DNA from: Kiritimatiellia bacterium
Lineage (GTDB): Bacteria > Verrucomicrobiota > Kiritimatiellia > RFP12 > UBA1067
Length of the DNA stretch: 64,000 nucleotides
Assembly (NCBI GenBank): GCA_050949565.1
Contig: JBMNFY010000002.1
Location: 33,367-97,366 of the forward strand
Direction of reading: 5' to 3'
Below are positions 21,217 through 30,075 of the stretch, piece by piece (position 1 is the first letter of the stretch; each line of letters begins with the position of its first letter). The notes under the pieces were generated by a model that ran no database searches, was not told the DNA's origin, and was given only the letters and a program-made list of their open reading frames with translations. Made by a program: the position numbers and the translations under genes.

Positions 21217-24200
21217 CTAGCGCTTGATGACCTTGATTTCGCAGGGGGCCAGTTCGATCAAGCGCTTGGTGCCGGCGACGATCAGGTTGACCCGGCGGGC
21301 GTGGCGTGTGTCCATGTTGAGGATGTAGATGGTGTTCGGATAGACGCCGTAGGTGATGCACGTGAGCGTCTCTGGATCGTCGTCCGCCGTCTCGATCGTG
21401 GCGGTCTGGCGCACCTCGCGGGCGAGCCGCGAAACCCAAGCGCGATAGAGCTCCGCGTAGGCTCCCTTGTAGCCCGCGAAGTGCCAGGGCGTGAAGAGGT
21501 AGAAGGCGCCCTTGCCGACACGGGTCTTCACGAGCAACGGCTTGCCGTCCAGTGTCTCAACGACTTCACTGTCCGGGCCGGGCGTGACCGTCGCGAGTTT
21601 CAGCGTCACATCTTGATCGCCGATTCTGCCTGCGGCCGCGACGGGGGCGCTGACCGCGATCTGGCCGAAGGGCTGGATCAGATCAGCAGCGGTGTAGTTC
21701 ACGCTGTCGCGGTCGAGGCGCGTGGTCCACTGGGGCACGGACATCAAGAGCACGCCGCCGTTTTCGACGTAGCGCCGCAGCACGTCCTTTTGCAATGGCA
21801 TCATGGTGTTCCAACCGCCAAAAACCAGCAGGTCGTAGCGCTTGAGATCCGCGAGCGTGGACTCGTCATCGACGTTCATGACATCGACTTGGCCGAAGGG
21901 TGTGCCGGCCAGCCAAGCATTTCCGTAGGGTTCGATGACTTTGGAGGAACGCGGGAAGAAGAGGTCTTGGAGTAGCGCCTGCGTGCCTTCGGGCGGACCG
22001 TACTTCCAGAGCGCGTTGGTGGCGGCGTTGTCGTGCTGACTCCAGACGTTGAAGTTGCCGTTGAGGCCGAGATAGGCGTCGAGATTGCCCAGCGCTATGG
22101 CGATCTTCGTTTCGGGCGTACCTTTGTCGCGGGGGTTCGTCTTCACCCAGTCGTAGAACTTTTTCACGACATCGCGGTAGCTCCGCGCGACATGTTCGTC
22201 GTAGTCTTCGCTGGCGCGTTCGCCCTTCTTGTTCGGATAGCGGTCGGTGTACTTCCATGCCTGTGTCCCCTGCGCGCCAGACTCGAGCACGATGAGCGAC
22301 GTACCGAAGATGTATTCTTGCAGGAAGCCCACGTAGCAGGAATCGAACTTCTGTTCAGTATGGTAGGGGATGGCGCAGGTCTGCCACTCGTGCGCGTTCC
22401 AGCCGCACCAGTAGTCCGGCTTCCAGCGGCGGGCCGCGCCGCGCGCCTCGGCAGTTGTGTGCGCGAGGTTCTGTGCGCCGATGGCCCACAGTTCGTTGCA
22501 GATATAGTCGATGCCGCCGGCCAACTCGTAGCACGACAACGCCGTGCCGCAGGTCGAGGTGACGATCGGGAAATTACCCGCCCAGCTTCGCGGCACGTTG
22601 TTGCAATAACGGTCGACAAAGTGATTCCGCGCCTGTAGCAGGTTGAGGTTCATCGGGATGGCGCATTCGTTGCGGCTCTGGTAGAGGAACGCCGCGTATT
22701 CGCCGATGTTGTTGCCGAGGTAACGCCCGTGATAGGCCTCGGTGAGCTTCCGTTGCAGATTCTGGTCGTCTCCGGAGTAGATCGACATGGCGTACATCGG
22801 CCGCTCGCGGATGATCTTCTCCCAAGCCGCGCGTTTGTCGGCAGGGAAGGTGTCCGGGTGAGTCTTGGACGCCGAATTCCAGCCAACGAAAAGGTTGCAG
22901 AGGTCCTGCTCGAAGATGTCGCGACAGAGGTTCGTCGAAGGCCCGTAGCCGCACTGGCCCACGATCACGACTTCGTTCGGTGCGGGCAGCGGATGAATCG
23001 TGTCGTGCTTGGTGATTACAAGGTTTGTCTCGAAGGTGCCGTTGCGCCACGTTTCGAGGGTTGCCTTGACGACAAAGGAGTCTGGCCCTTGGTCGGGGAA
23101 GCGCCGCCGGAGCCGCGTGTCGGTCGCCTCGACCACGATGTACTTTGCTTCGGCTGTCGAATCGGGATGCGGTACAACGGCGGTGAAGCGCTTGAGTTCG
23201 GGTGCGAAGCCGTCGGCGTCGAGGTAGTAGCAGCGGTTCATCGGGTCCACAAACGTCGTCACAGTAGCGTCGTGTACGCCGCGTCCCACGACCAACGTTT
23301 CGGGGCGGCGGAGACCTTCGATGCCGTTGGCGGCGACAAACCGCAGCGCGCGCTGCGGGGCGTCCGTCGGAACCTCGAACTTGAGCACGGCGGCCTTTCC
23401 GTCGTCGGTCCAATGCCACGCGCCGTCACGTTCGGTGCGAGTGCGGACGGGGAAGCGCGTCGTGCCATCCGTGAGGTAGCAAGCGTTGGTGCCGTCGGCA
23501 AAACGCCAGCGGATGTTTTTGGGGAAGACAAATTGCAGCGACGCCTCGCCGGCATCGAGGTCGTGCCCCGCGAAGGTCCAAGACGGTAGCGAAAGCTCAA
23601 TCGCGCCTTTGTCCGGAACGACGTCATCATAGACCGCGAAGAAGGGGCGCGGTTTTCCGGGAAGCGTCGCGGGGTCGCGCAGCACGGCGACCAGTGCATC
23701 GCCGCGAAGCTCCACAGCGAGTGTGTCGGGAAGTTCAGCGAGAATTTCCCGGCTTGTCCGTTGGAGAAGTGCGGCATCACTACTGAAGAAGAACGGCCGG
23801 TTCTTCGTGAGACGGCACGTATCGAGGGCGAACGAGACCTTCTTCATCCAAGCCGGCGGATGGTCGATGCGCATGGGTTCGGCACCGAGAACGATACGTG
23901 TGCCTTTGGCCATCGTGACGCCGGTGAAAATTGGCTGACCGTTTTCACAGAGGGGAACGAAGCCGCCTTCGAGGATCGCGAGCCCGCCGGTAGGTGCCTT
24001 GCCGAAGCGGAGCGTTCCCTTGCCCGTCTTGACGACCGCGACGCCGTCGTCCGAGGTGAAGGCGGTGAGGTTGGCCATTGCGTCTTGCGCCACGTCGACA
24101 TGCAGCTTCGCGCCGGCGGTGATGACGGCCTTGTCCACGTCGAAGGTTGTGGATTTCACGGCGTCGATGCGACCGCCCTTGAGCTCGACCGAGAGCTTCA

Positions 24201-24933
24201 TCTTGTGGCCGTTCTTCGCCACGGGGCCGCCGAGCACCAAGACACCCGTCGGTTCGAGCACGATTGTCATGGCGGGACTCCACTGCGATTCGCGTACGTC
24301 GAAGCCCGTCGGCAGCATCGCCTTGCCGGCCACGACGAGCCGATGCCCTTGCTGGGCTTCGCCGAAGGCGAGGGTGGCGGGTCCGAGAAACGTGCCACCC
24401 TCGTCCACATCCACGGCGAGACCGAAGGTTTGCACGTTGACATCCGTCAGGTCAAAGGTGGCGCCGCGCCGCACGCGGACTTCAAACGGGGAGCCGCCTT
24501 GAAAGCCGGGCTTGAACCATGCGCCGGGCGCGATACGAAATGTGGCGCCGGGCGCGATTTCGACAAAACCGCCGTGGATGATGCCGCTCTGCTGCACGAC
24601 AAGCGTGCCGTTGGAAACAACGATTGACTGCCACCAACTCGCGCCGTGTGTCCAGCGTCCCACGGTATGCGTCTTGCCGCCGAGGTCGAGCCACAGCTTG
24701 CCACGGTCGGTCAGTTGGTCCTCGGGACCCGGGATGCGGGTGGCGGGGGCGTTCGTCAGGTTCTTGCTGGTCACCGTCCACGTCTTCGGGTCTCCAAAGC
24801 GCGTCACGCCTCCATCCACGCGGACAGGGGTGTAGACGTCCATGGCAAAGGCCGAGAGCGCGAGACAGGCGGACAGCACCGCCAGGACGGCATGTTGGAA
24901 CTTTATCAAGGGCACCTTCTTTAGGGGAGACAA
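21217..24933 (-). CDS. Large secreted protein: passenger-like beta N-terminus plus putative glycoside-hydrolase core and GH42-trimerisation-like C-terminus
   Basis: Signal-like AVLAVLSACLALSAFA; VVKTGKGTLRF repeat; YLGNNIGEY; LKRYDLLVFGGW..LRRYVENGGVLLM..RVGKGAFYL (class-I-GATase-like fold). Confidence 0.6.
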   Translation of the reverse strand: MSPLKKVPLIKFQHAVLAVLSACLALSAFAMDVYTPVRVDGGVTRFGDPKTWTVTSKNLTNAPATRIPGPEDQLTDRGKLWLDLGGKTHTVGRWTHGASWWQSIVVSNGTLVVQQSGIIHGGFVEIAPGATFRIAPGAWFKPGFQGGSPFEVRVRRGATFDLTDVNVQTFGLAVDVDEGGTFLGPATLAFGEAQQGHRLVVAGKAMLPTGFDVRESQWSPAMTIVLEPTGVLVLGGPVAKNGHKMKLSVELKGGRIDAVKSTTFDVDKAVITAGAKLHVDVAQDAMANLTAFTSDDGVAVVKTGKGTLRFGKAPTGGLAILEGGFVPLCENGQPIFTGVTMAKGTRIVLGAEPMRIDHPPAWMKKVSFALDTCRLTKNRPFFFSSDAALLQRTSREILAELPDTLAVELRGDALVAVLRDPATLPGKPRPFFAVYDDVVPDKGAIELSLPSWTFAGHDLDAGEASLQFVFPKNIRWRFADGTNACYLTDGTTRFPVRTRTERDGAWHWTDDGKAAVLKFEVPTDAPQRALRFVAANGIEGLRRPETLVVGRGVHDATVTTFVDPMNRCYYLDADGFAPELKRFTAVVPHPDSTAEAKYIVVEATDTRLRRRFPDQGPDSFVVKATLETWRNGTFETNLVITKHDTIHPLPAPNEVVIVGQCGYGPSTNLCRDIFEQDLCNLFVGWNSASKTHPDTFPADKRAAWEKIIRERPMYAMSIYSGDDQNLQRKLTEAYHGRYLGNNIGEYAAFLYQSRNECAIPMNLNLLQARNHFVDRYCNNVPRSWAGNFPIVTSTCGTALSCYELAGGIDYICNELWAIGAQNLAHTTAEARGAARRWKPDYWCGWNAHEWQTCAIPYHTEQKFDSCYVGFLQEYIFGTSLIVLESGAQGTQAWKYTDRYPNKKGERASEDYDEHVARSYRDVVKKFYDWVKTNPRDKGTPETKIAIALGNLDAYLGLNGNFNVWSQHDNAATNALWKYGPPEGTQALLQDLFFPRSSKVIEPYGNAWLAGTPFGQVDVMNVDDESTLADLKRYDLLVFGGWNTMMPLQKDVLRRYVENGGVLLMSVPQWTTRLDRDSVNYTAADLIQPFGQIAVSAPVAAAGRIGDQDVTLKLATVTPGPDSEVVETLDGKPLLVKTRVGKGAFYLFTPWHFAGYKGAYAELYRAWVSRLAREVRQTATIETADDDPETLTCITYGVYPNTIYILNMDTRHARRVNLIVAGTKRLIELAPCEIKVIKR

Positions 24934-25012
24934 TGTTCAGTGATACAGGACGCAGTATACTAACGCGGGCGGAGCCCGCAACCCAAATTCTTACCACGAA
25001 AAGGCAAGGAGT

Positions 25013-25096
25013 TTTCAACGTTCAACGCTCAATGTTCAATTTTCAGTTGAGAGTTTTTTAACTCAGAACGTAGAACTCAGAACATCGAACTCAGAA
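25013..25096. repeat. Heptamer tandem repeats (TTCAACG-like and GAACTCA-like)
   Basis: ttcaacg ttcaacg ctcaatg ttcaatt ttcagtt; aactcag aacgtag aactcag aacatcg aactcag. Confidence 0.8.
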
Positions 25097-25171
25097 GTGG
25101 GAAAATCCCTACCTATAGCTTGGATATTTTGCCACAGTTACTCTGCGCTGTTCCATCGCCAAATATCCGTC

Positions 25172-25200
25172 TTGTCCCCCGTTCCCCCAGGTGCTATACT
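25172..25200 (+). promoter_or_regulatory. Sigma70 promoter of the R-M operon
   Basis: TTGTCC-N17-TATACT with extended -10 TG. Confidence 0.65.
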
Positions 25201-25336
25201 CCCGACGTAAGAATGGTGTTGTTGAATGCGCTGGGGAGGCCGAGTGCGTCGACGCTTGTCGGCGGTCCGGCGGCCTGCATCTAATCGCCTTCCTACGGGT
25301 GAAACGCCGTCCTTGGTTTGGCGTCTGGGAAAGTTG

Positions 25337-26038
25337 ATGAAATCGGAAGTTATCTCTAAGAAGCGAGTAGCGGATTATGGCGAGGTGTTGACCGGCAAAC
25401 GCGAGGTCAACGCCATGCTTGATCTTGTGAAGGAGCAGACGGAGCGTATTGACTCCCGCTTCCTCGAACCGGCTTGCGGCAACGGAAACTTCCTGACCGT
25501 GATTCTTGAACGCAAGCTGGCGGTTGTCGAAAAACGCTACCGGAAGTCGCAACTCGAATTCGAGCGTAACGCCTTTCTGGCTGTCTCCAGCCTTTACGGC
25601 ATCGATATCCTGTCCGACAACGTTTCGCAGTGTCGGGAGCGACTCTTTGAGGTTTTCGATGCCGTCTATGAACGGTTGTTCCCCGAGACCTCGAAGGCGG
25701 GATGCCGCGATGCGGTACGGTTCATCCTGATGCGTAACATTGTCTGGGGCAACGCGCTTTCGTTTGAGACTTGTACCCACCCTCCCGCCCCCATCGTCTT
25801 TTCGGAGTGGTCCTTCATCCATGGCAGCTTGTTAAAACGGCGTGATTTCGCTTTCAGGGGACTGATCCAGCACGAGGAAACGCGGGAGTCTCTGCTCTTC
25901 CCCGATCCTGGCCCGCAGACGAACGGACTTGAGCAAATGCCGCTTTTTGGATCTGCCGTCAACAACGATTTCAATCCCGCCCCCGTAAAAGAGTTTCCTC
26001 CGGTCCACTTCATGGAGCTCGCCCATGCCCAGCAGTAG
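25337..26038 (+). CDS. DNA-methyltransferase-like subunit (SAM-binding half only)
   Basis: GEVLT motif X, FLEPACGNGNFL motif I, LYGIDILSDN; no NPPY/DPPY motif. Probable start MKSEVISKKRV at 25337. Confidence 0.85.
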   Translation: MKSEVISKKRVADYGEVLTGKREVNAMLDLVKEQTERIDSRFLEPACGNGNFLTVILERKLAVVEKRYRKSQLEFERNAFLAVSSLYGIDILSDNVSQCRERLFEVFDAVYERLFPETSKAGCRDAVRFILMRNIVWGNALSFETCTHPPAPIVFSEWSFIHGSLLKRRDFAFRGLIQHEETRESLLFPDPGPQTNGLEQMPLFGSAVNNDFNPAPVKEFPPVHFMELAHAQQ

Positions 26039-27530
26039 CTACAACCCTGATGTTCTCTCTTGCCTGGCCAATTTAAGCAGCGACGAGGTCTTCACCCCGC
26101 CGGAGCTGGTCAACCGCATGCTCGACCTCCTGCCGCCGGAACTCTGGACCGACAGGAAGGCGACGTTCCTTGATCCCGGCTGTAAGTCGGGCGTTTTCCT
26201 GCGCGAAATCGCCAAGCGGCTGGACAAGGGGCTGGAGGCGCAAATCCCCGACCGTCAGAAGCGGATGGATCACATTTTCACGAACCAGCTTTACGGGCTC
26301 GCCATTACGGAGTTGACCGCCCTGCTGTCGCGCAGGTCTGTATACTGCTCCAAAACGGCCAACGGGAAATACTCCGTCTGCGAAGCCTTTAACACCCCCG
26401 ACGGAAACATCCGATTCGGACGCGTGGAACACACGTGGGAGAAGGGGCGTTGCGTGTTCTGCGGAGCCAATGAGACAGACTACGAACGAGGTGAAGAACT
26501 GGAAAGTCATGCTTACGCCTTCATTCACACTGACAAGCCCAAGAGGATATTCGATATGCAATTCGACGTGATCATCGGCAACCCACCTTACCAATTGAGC
26601 GATGGCGGTTTTGGCAGGAGTGCTTCGCCCATCTATCACAACTTTGTTCAACAGGCTAAGAAACTGAACCCTCGATTCTTGACGATGATCATTCCCTCGC
26701 GATGGTTCGCTGGTGGTAAGGGGTTGAACGATTTTCGTGCTGAAATGCTTGGCGACGACAGAATTCGAAAGCTCGTAGATTACGAAGATGCATCCGAAGT
26801 GTTCCCCGGTGTCGATATAGCTGGAGGTGTTTGTTACTTCCTTTGGGAATGTGATTCTCGTGGCCCGTGTGAGGTCACCAATGTTCACAACAATGAGACT
26901 GTCGTTTCGTTGCGGCCCCTCAATGAGTTCCAGACTTTCATCCGGCACGGCCAAGCGGTTCCAATCATTCGCAAAGTTTTGGCCAAGGGGGAAAAGAGCA
27001 TGAGCGAACAAGTCTCAAGCAGAAAACCCTTTGGGTTGCCGACCAATGCTCGCCCTATGAAACGAGGAGACCTTATCCTGCGTTGGAACAACGGTGAAGG
27101 ACCTTATGTCCGCAAGGACGTTATGATCGGTACCGAGATGATTGACAAATGGAAGGTTATTACGTCGAAGGTCTCCTATGACCACGGTGGACAGCCTGAT
27201 AAGAACGGAATGCGAAAGGTCTTGTCTATCGTCGACATTTTGCCGCCCAAAACAATCTGTACGGAGACTTACATTGTTGCCGGAGTATTTGAAAACCGAG
27301 TTGAGGCCGAAAGGCTCGCGCAGTATCTCCGAACACGCTTTGTCAGATTCCTGATTGCTCAACTTTCCTTCTCTCAGGATATCACCAAAGATCGGTTTTT
27401 CTTTGTTCCAACTTTGAAGATGAACACTCAGTGGACTGACGACAAGCTCTACAAACGATATGACCTGACCAAAGACGAAGTCGCCTTTATTGAATCGAAA
27501 ATTCGTCCGATGGAGGCGAACGGTGAGTAA
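26025..27530 (+). CDS. Eco57I-type N6-adenine DNA methyltransferase with C-terminal target-recognition domain
   Basis: DEVFTPP, FLDPGCKSGVFL, FDVIIGNPPY, MIIPSRW; Cys/His insert HTWEKGRCVFCG; overlaps both neighbours. Confidence 0.92.
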   Translation: MPSSSYNPDVLSCLANLSSDEVFTPPELVNRMLDLLPPELWTDRKATFLDPGCKSGVFLREIAKRLDKGLEAQIPDRQKRMDHIFTNQLYGLAITELTALLSRRSVYCSKTANGKYSVCEAFNTPDGNIRFGRVEHTWEKGRCVFCGANETDYERGEELESHAYAFIHTDKPKRIFDMQFDVIIGNPPYQLSDGGFGRSASPIYHNFVQQAKKLNPRFLTMIIPSRWFAGGKGLNDFRAEMLGDDRIRKLVDYEDASEVFPGVDIAGGVCYFLWECDSRGPCEVTNVHNNETVVSLRPLNEFQTFIRHGQAVPIIRKVLAKGEKSMSEQVSSRKPFGLPTNARPMKRGDLILRWNNGEGPYVRKDVMIGTEMIDKWKVITSKVSYDHGGQPDKNGMRKVLSIVDILPPKTICTETYIVAGVFENRVEAERLAQYLRTRFVRFLIAQLSFSQDITKDRFFFVPTLKMNTQWTDDKLYKRYDLTKDEVAFIESKIRPMEANGE

Positions 27531-30048
27531 CGATTTCTTTCCGCAGCGTCCGGCATCGCAGCCTGCAATATACGCCTACGAGGACACGAACCCGCAGTAT
27601 GCGGGCCTGCTTAAGGTGGGATACACAACCGTGGGCGCTAAAGAACGCGTTGCACAGCAGTATCCCACATTGCGCCCCGGTAAACTGCCATACTGCATTG
27701 TTCTGGAAGAGTCCGCTATGCGGAATGACGGCAGTGTGTTCACCGACCGCGATGTCCACAAGATGCTGCGGATCAACGGCGTAAAAAATCCAGAGGGCGA
27801 ATGGTTCCGCTGTACGGTTGCTGATGTGAAATCGGCGATTATCGCCGTGCGGACCGGCCAACTGAGTGAGGAGAGCCGGTCACTGGATTTCAAGATGCGG
27901 CCGGAGCAGGAAGCGGCGGTCGCGAAGACGGCGGCCTATTTCACCAGTTGGCGCAAGGACAAGGCCAACGCCAACAAGCTCCCGCGTTTTCTCTGGAATG
28001 CCAAGATGCGCTTCGGGAAGACCTTTGCCGTCTACCAACTCGCAAAGAAGATGAAATGGCGCAAAGTCCTCGTTTTGACGTTCAAACCGGCCGTGCAAAG
28101 CGCTTGGGAAGAGGACTTGAAGCGTCATGTCGATTTTGAAGGCTGGCAGTTCATCAAGCCGGGCGGCCTGACATACGAAGAGGCCGACAAGAAGCGTCCG
28201 TTTGTCTGTTTCGGATCATTTCAAGACTATCTGGGACGGAACCCCAGCACCGGCGGCATCAAGACGAAGAACGAATGGGTGCATGCGACGAACTGGGATT
28301 GCGTCATTCTGGACGAATACCACTACGGCGCATGGCGGGAGAGCGCGAGGGAACTATTTGAAGCCGAGGACGAGAAAGAGATCGCTTTCGGAGAGGGAGA
28401 GGGCATCAAGATCTTCGACCAAGACATCATGCCGATCACTACGGACGGCTACCTCTATCTCTCGGGCACGCCGTTCCGAGCCATTGCATCCGGTGAGTTC
28501 ATCGAGGAACAAATCTATAACTGGACCTATTCGGACGAGCAGCGGGCAAAGCAGGAGTGGGAGGGTCCCGATAACAACCCCTACGCCGCGCTACCCCGCA
28601 TGGTGCTGCTGACTTACCAACTCCCGGATGCGATCCGCGAAATCGCCATGCAGGGCGAGTTCAACGAATTCGACCTGAATGTTTTTTTCTCCGCTGAGGG
28701 GGTGGGCAATCAGGCGCATTTCAAATACGCGGACGAGGTTCAGAAGTGGCTGGACCTGATTCGCGGTGCCTTCATGCCGACCAGCGTTGACAACCTGAAA
28801 CTCGGTGCGCAGAGGCCGCCGATGCCCTTTTCTGATGTGCGGCTCTTGGGCGTACTTTCTCACACGTTCTGGTTCCTGCCGAGCGTGGCGGCTTGTCACG
28901 CCATGCGCAACCTGTTGAAGAAGAGGCAGAATCGCTTCTACCACGACTACAAGATCATCGTGGCGGCGGGGAGTGCCGCCGGTATCGGCGCGGCGGCATT
29001 GCCCCCGGTGCTGGAGGCGATGGATGATCCGCTCACGACCAAGACCATTACCCTCTCCTGCGGCAAGTTGACCACGGGTGTCACGGTGAGACCGTGGACG
29101 GGTATTCTCATGCTCCGTAATTCATCCAGCCCTGAAACCTACTTTCAGGCGGCTTTCCGTGTGCAATCCCCGTGGACGGTGTGCAACCCGGACGGCGAGT
29201 CGCCGAACGAAGAGCAAATCATTAAGGAGGAGTGCTACGTCTTCGACTTTGCTCCAGACAGGGCGTTGCGGCAGATTGCCGACTACAGTTGCCGCTTGAA
29301 CGTCAACGAGGACAATCCAGAAAAGAAGGTGGAGGAGTTCATCCGCTTTCTGCCGGTTCTGGCTTACGACGGCAGTTCCATGAAACAGATTGACGCCGCC
29401 GGCATTCTCGATATAGCGATGAGCGGCACGTCGGCAACCCTGTTGGCGCGGCGGTGGCAAAGTGCCCTGTTGGTGAATGTGGATAACGACACCTTGCGTC
29501 GCCTTATGGCGAATGAGAAGGCGATGGATGCCCTTATGCGCATTGAGGGTTTCCGCAATCTGAATCAAGACATCGAGACGATTATCAACAAATCGGAAGC
29601 CGTAAAGAAGGCCCGCAAAGAGGCGAATGACGAAGAGCTTTGCACGAAAGAGAAACTGGAACTTTCTGAGGAGGAGAAGGAGTACAGGAATTTGCGGAAG
29701 AAGATTCAGGAAAACCTCATTAAGTTTGCCACGCGGATTCCCATCTTCATGTATCTGACCGATTACCGCGAACGGACGCTCAAGGACGTCATTACCCAAC
29801 TGGAGCCGGGCCTGTTCAAGAAGGTCACGGGGTTGACAGTGAAAGACTTCGAGTTGCTGGTCAGTTTGGGAGTCTTTAACAGTGCTCTAATGAATGACGC
29901 AGTCTACAAGTTCAAACGCTACGAGGACGCAAGTCTGAGCTACACGGGGATCAACAGGCACGAGGGCGAGGACATCGGCCTTTATGATACGGTTATCACT
30001 CAGAGCGATGCGCTAAAGGTGTTTGAGAATGTTCCAGCCAATGAATGA
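27523..30048 (+). CDS. GIY-YIG/T5orf172 nuclease fused to an SF2 (ResIII-like) helicase; restriction subunit
   Basis: IYAY...LLKVGYT...ERV...GEWF nuclease signature; NAKMRFGKT Walker A, LDEYH, LSGTPF, QAAFRVQ. GTG start at 27523 overlaps the MTase stop. Confidence 0.9.
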   Translation: MSNDFFPQRPASQPAIYAYEDTNPQYAGLLKVGYTTVGAKERVAQQYPTLRPGKLPYCIVLEESAMRNDGSVFTDRDVHKMLRINGVKNPEGEWFRCTVADVKSAIIAVRTGQLSEESRSLDFKMRPEQEAAVAKTAAYFTSWRKDKANANKLPRFLWNAKMRFGKTFAVYQLAKKMKWRKVLVLTFKPAVQSAWEEDLKRHVDFEGWQFIKPGGLTYEEADKKRPFVCFGSFQDYLGRNPSTGGIKTKNEWVHATNWDCVILDEYHYGAWRESARELFEAEDEKEIAFGEGEGIKIFDQDIMPITTDGYLYLSGTPFRAIASGEFIEEQIYNWTYSDEQRAKQEWEGPDNNPYAALPRMVLLTYQLPDAIREIAMQGEFNEFDLNVFFSAEGVGNQAHFKYADEVQKWLDLIRGAFMPTSVDNLKLGAQRPPMPFSDVRLLGVLSHTFWFLPSVAACHAMRNLLKKRQNRFYHDYKIIVAAGSAAGIGAAALPPVLEAMDDPLTTKTITLSCGKLTTGVTVRPWTGILMLRNSSSPETYFQAAFRVQSPWTVCNPDGESPNEEQIIKEECYVFDFAPDRALRQIADYSCRLNVNEDNPEKKVEEFIRFLPVLAYDGSSMKQIDAAGILDIAMSGTSATLLARRWQSALLVNVDNDTLRRLMANEKAMDALMRIEGFRNLNQDIETIINKSEAVKKARKEANDEELCTKEKLELSEEEKEYRNLRKKIQENLIKFATRIPIFMYLTDYRERTLKDVITQLEPGLFKKVTGLTVKDFELLVSLGVFNSALMNDAVYKFKRYEDASLSYTGINRHEGEDIGLYDTVITQSDALKVFENVPANE

Positions 30049-30075
30049 AGAGTATCCAAGGAGAGATAGAGCGCT

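Noticed and set aside
25226-25336. N-terminal extensions given by the ORF track (25226; also 6389, 27490, 42505, 48727)
   Set aside because: Promoter position, RBS or conserved N-termini favour the downstream starts used in the feature list.
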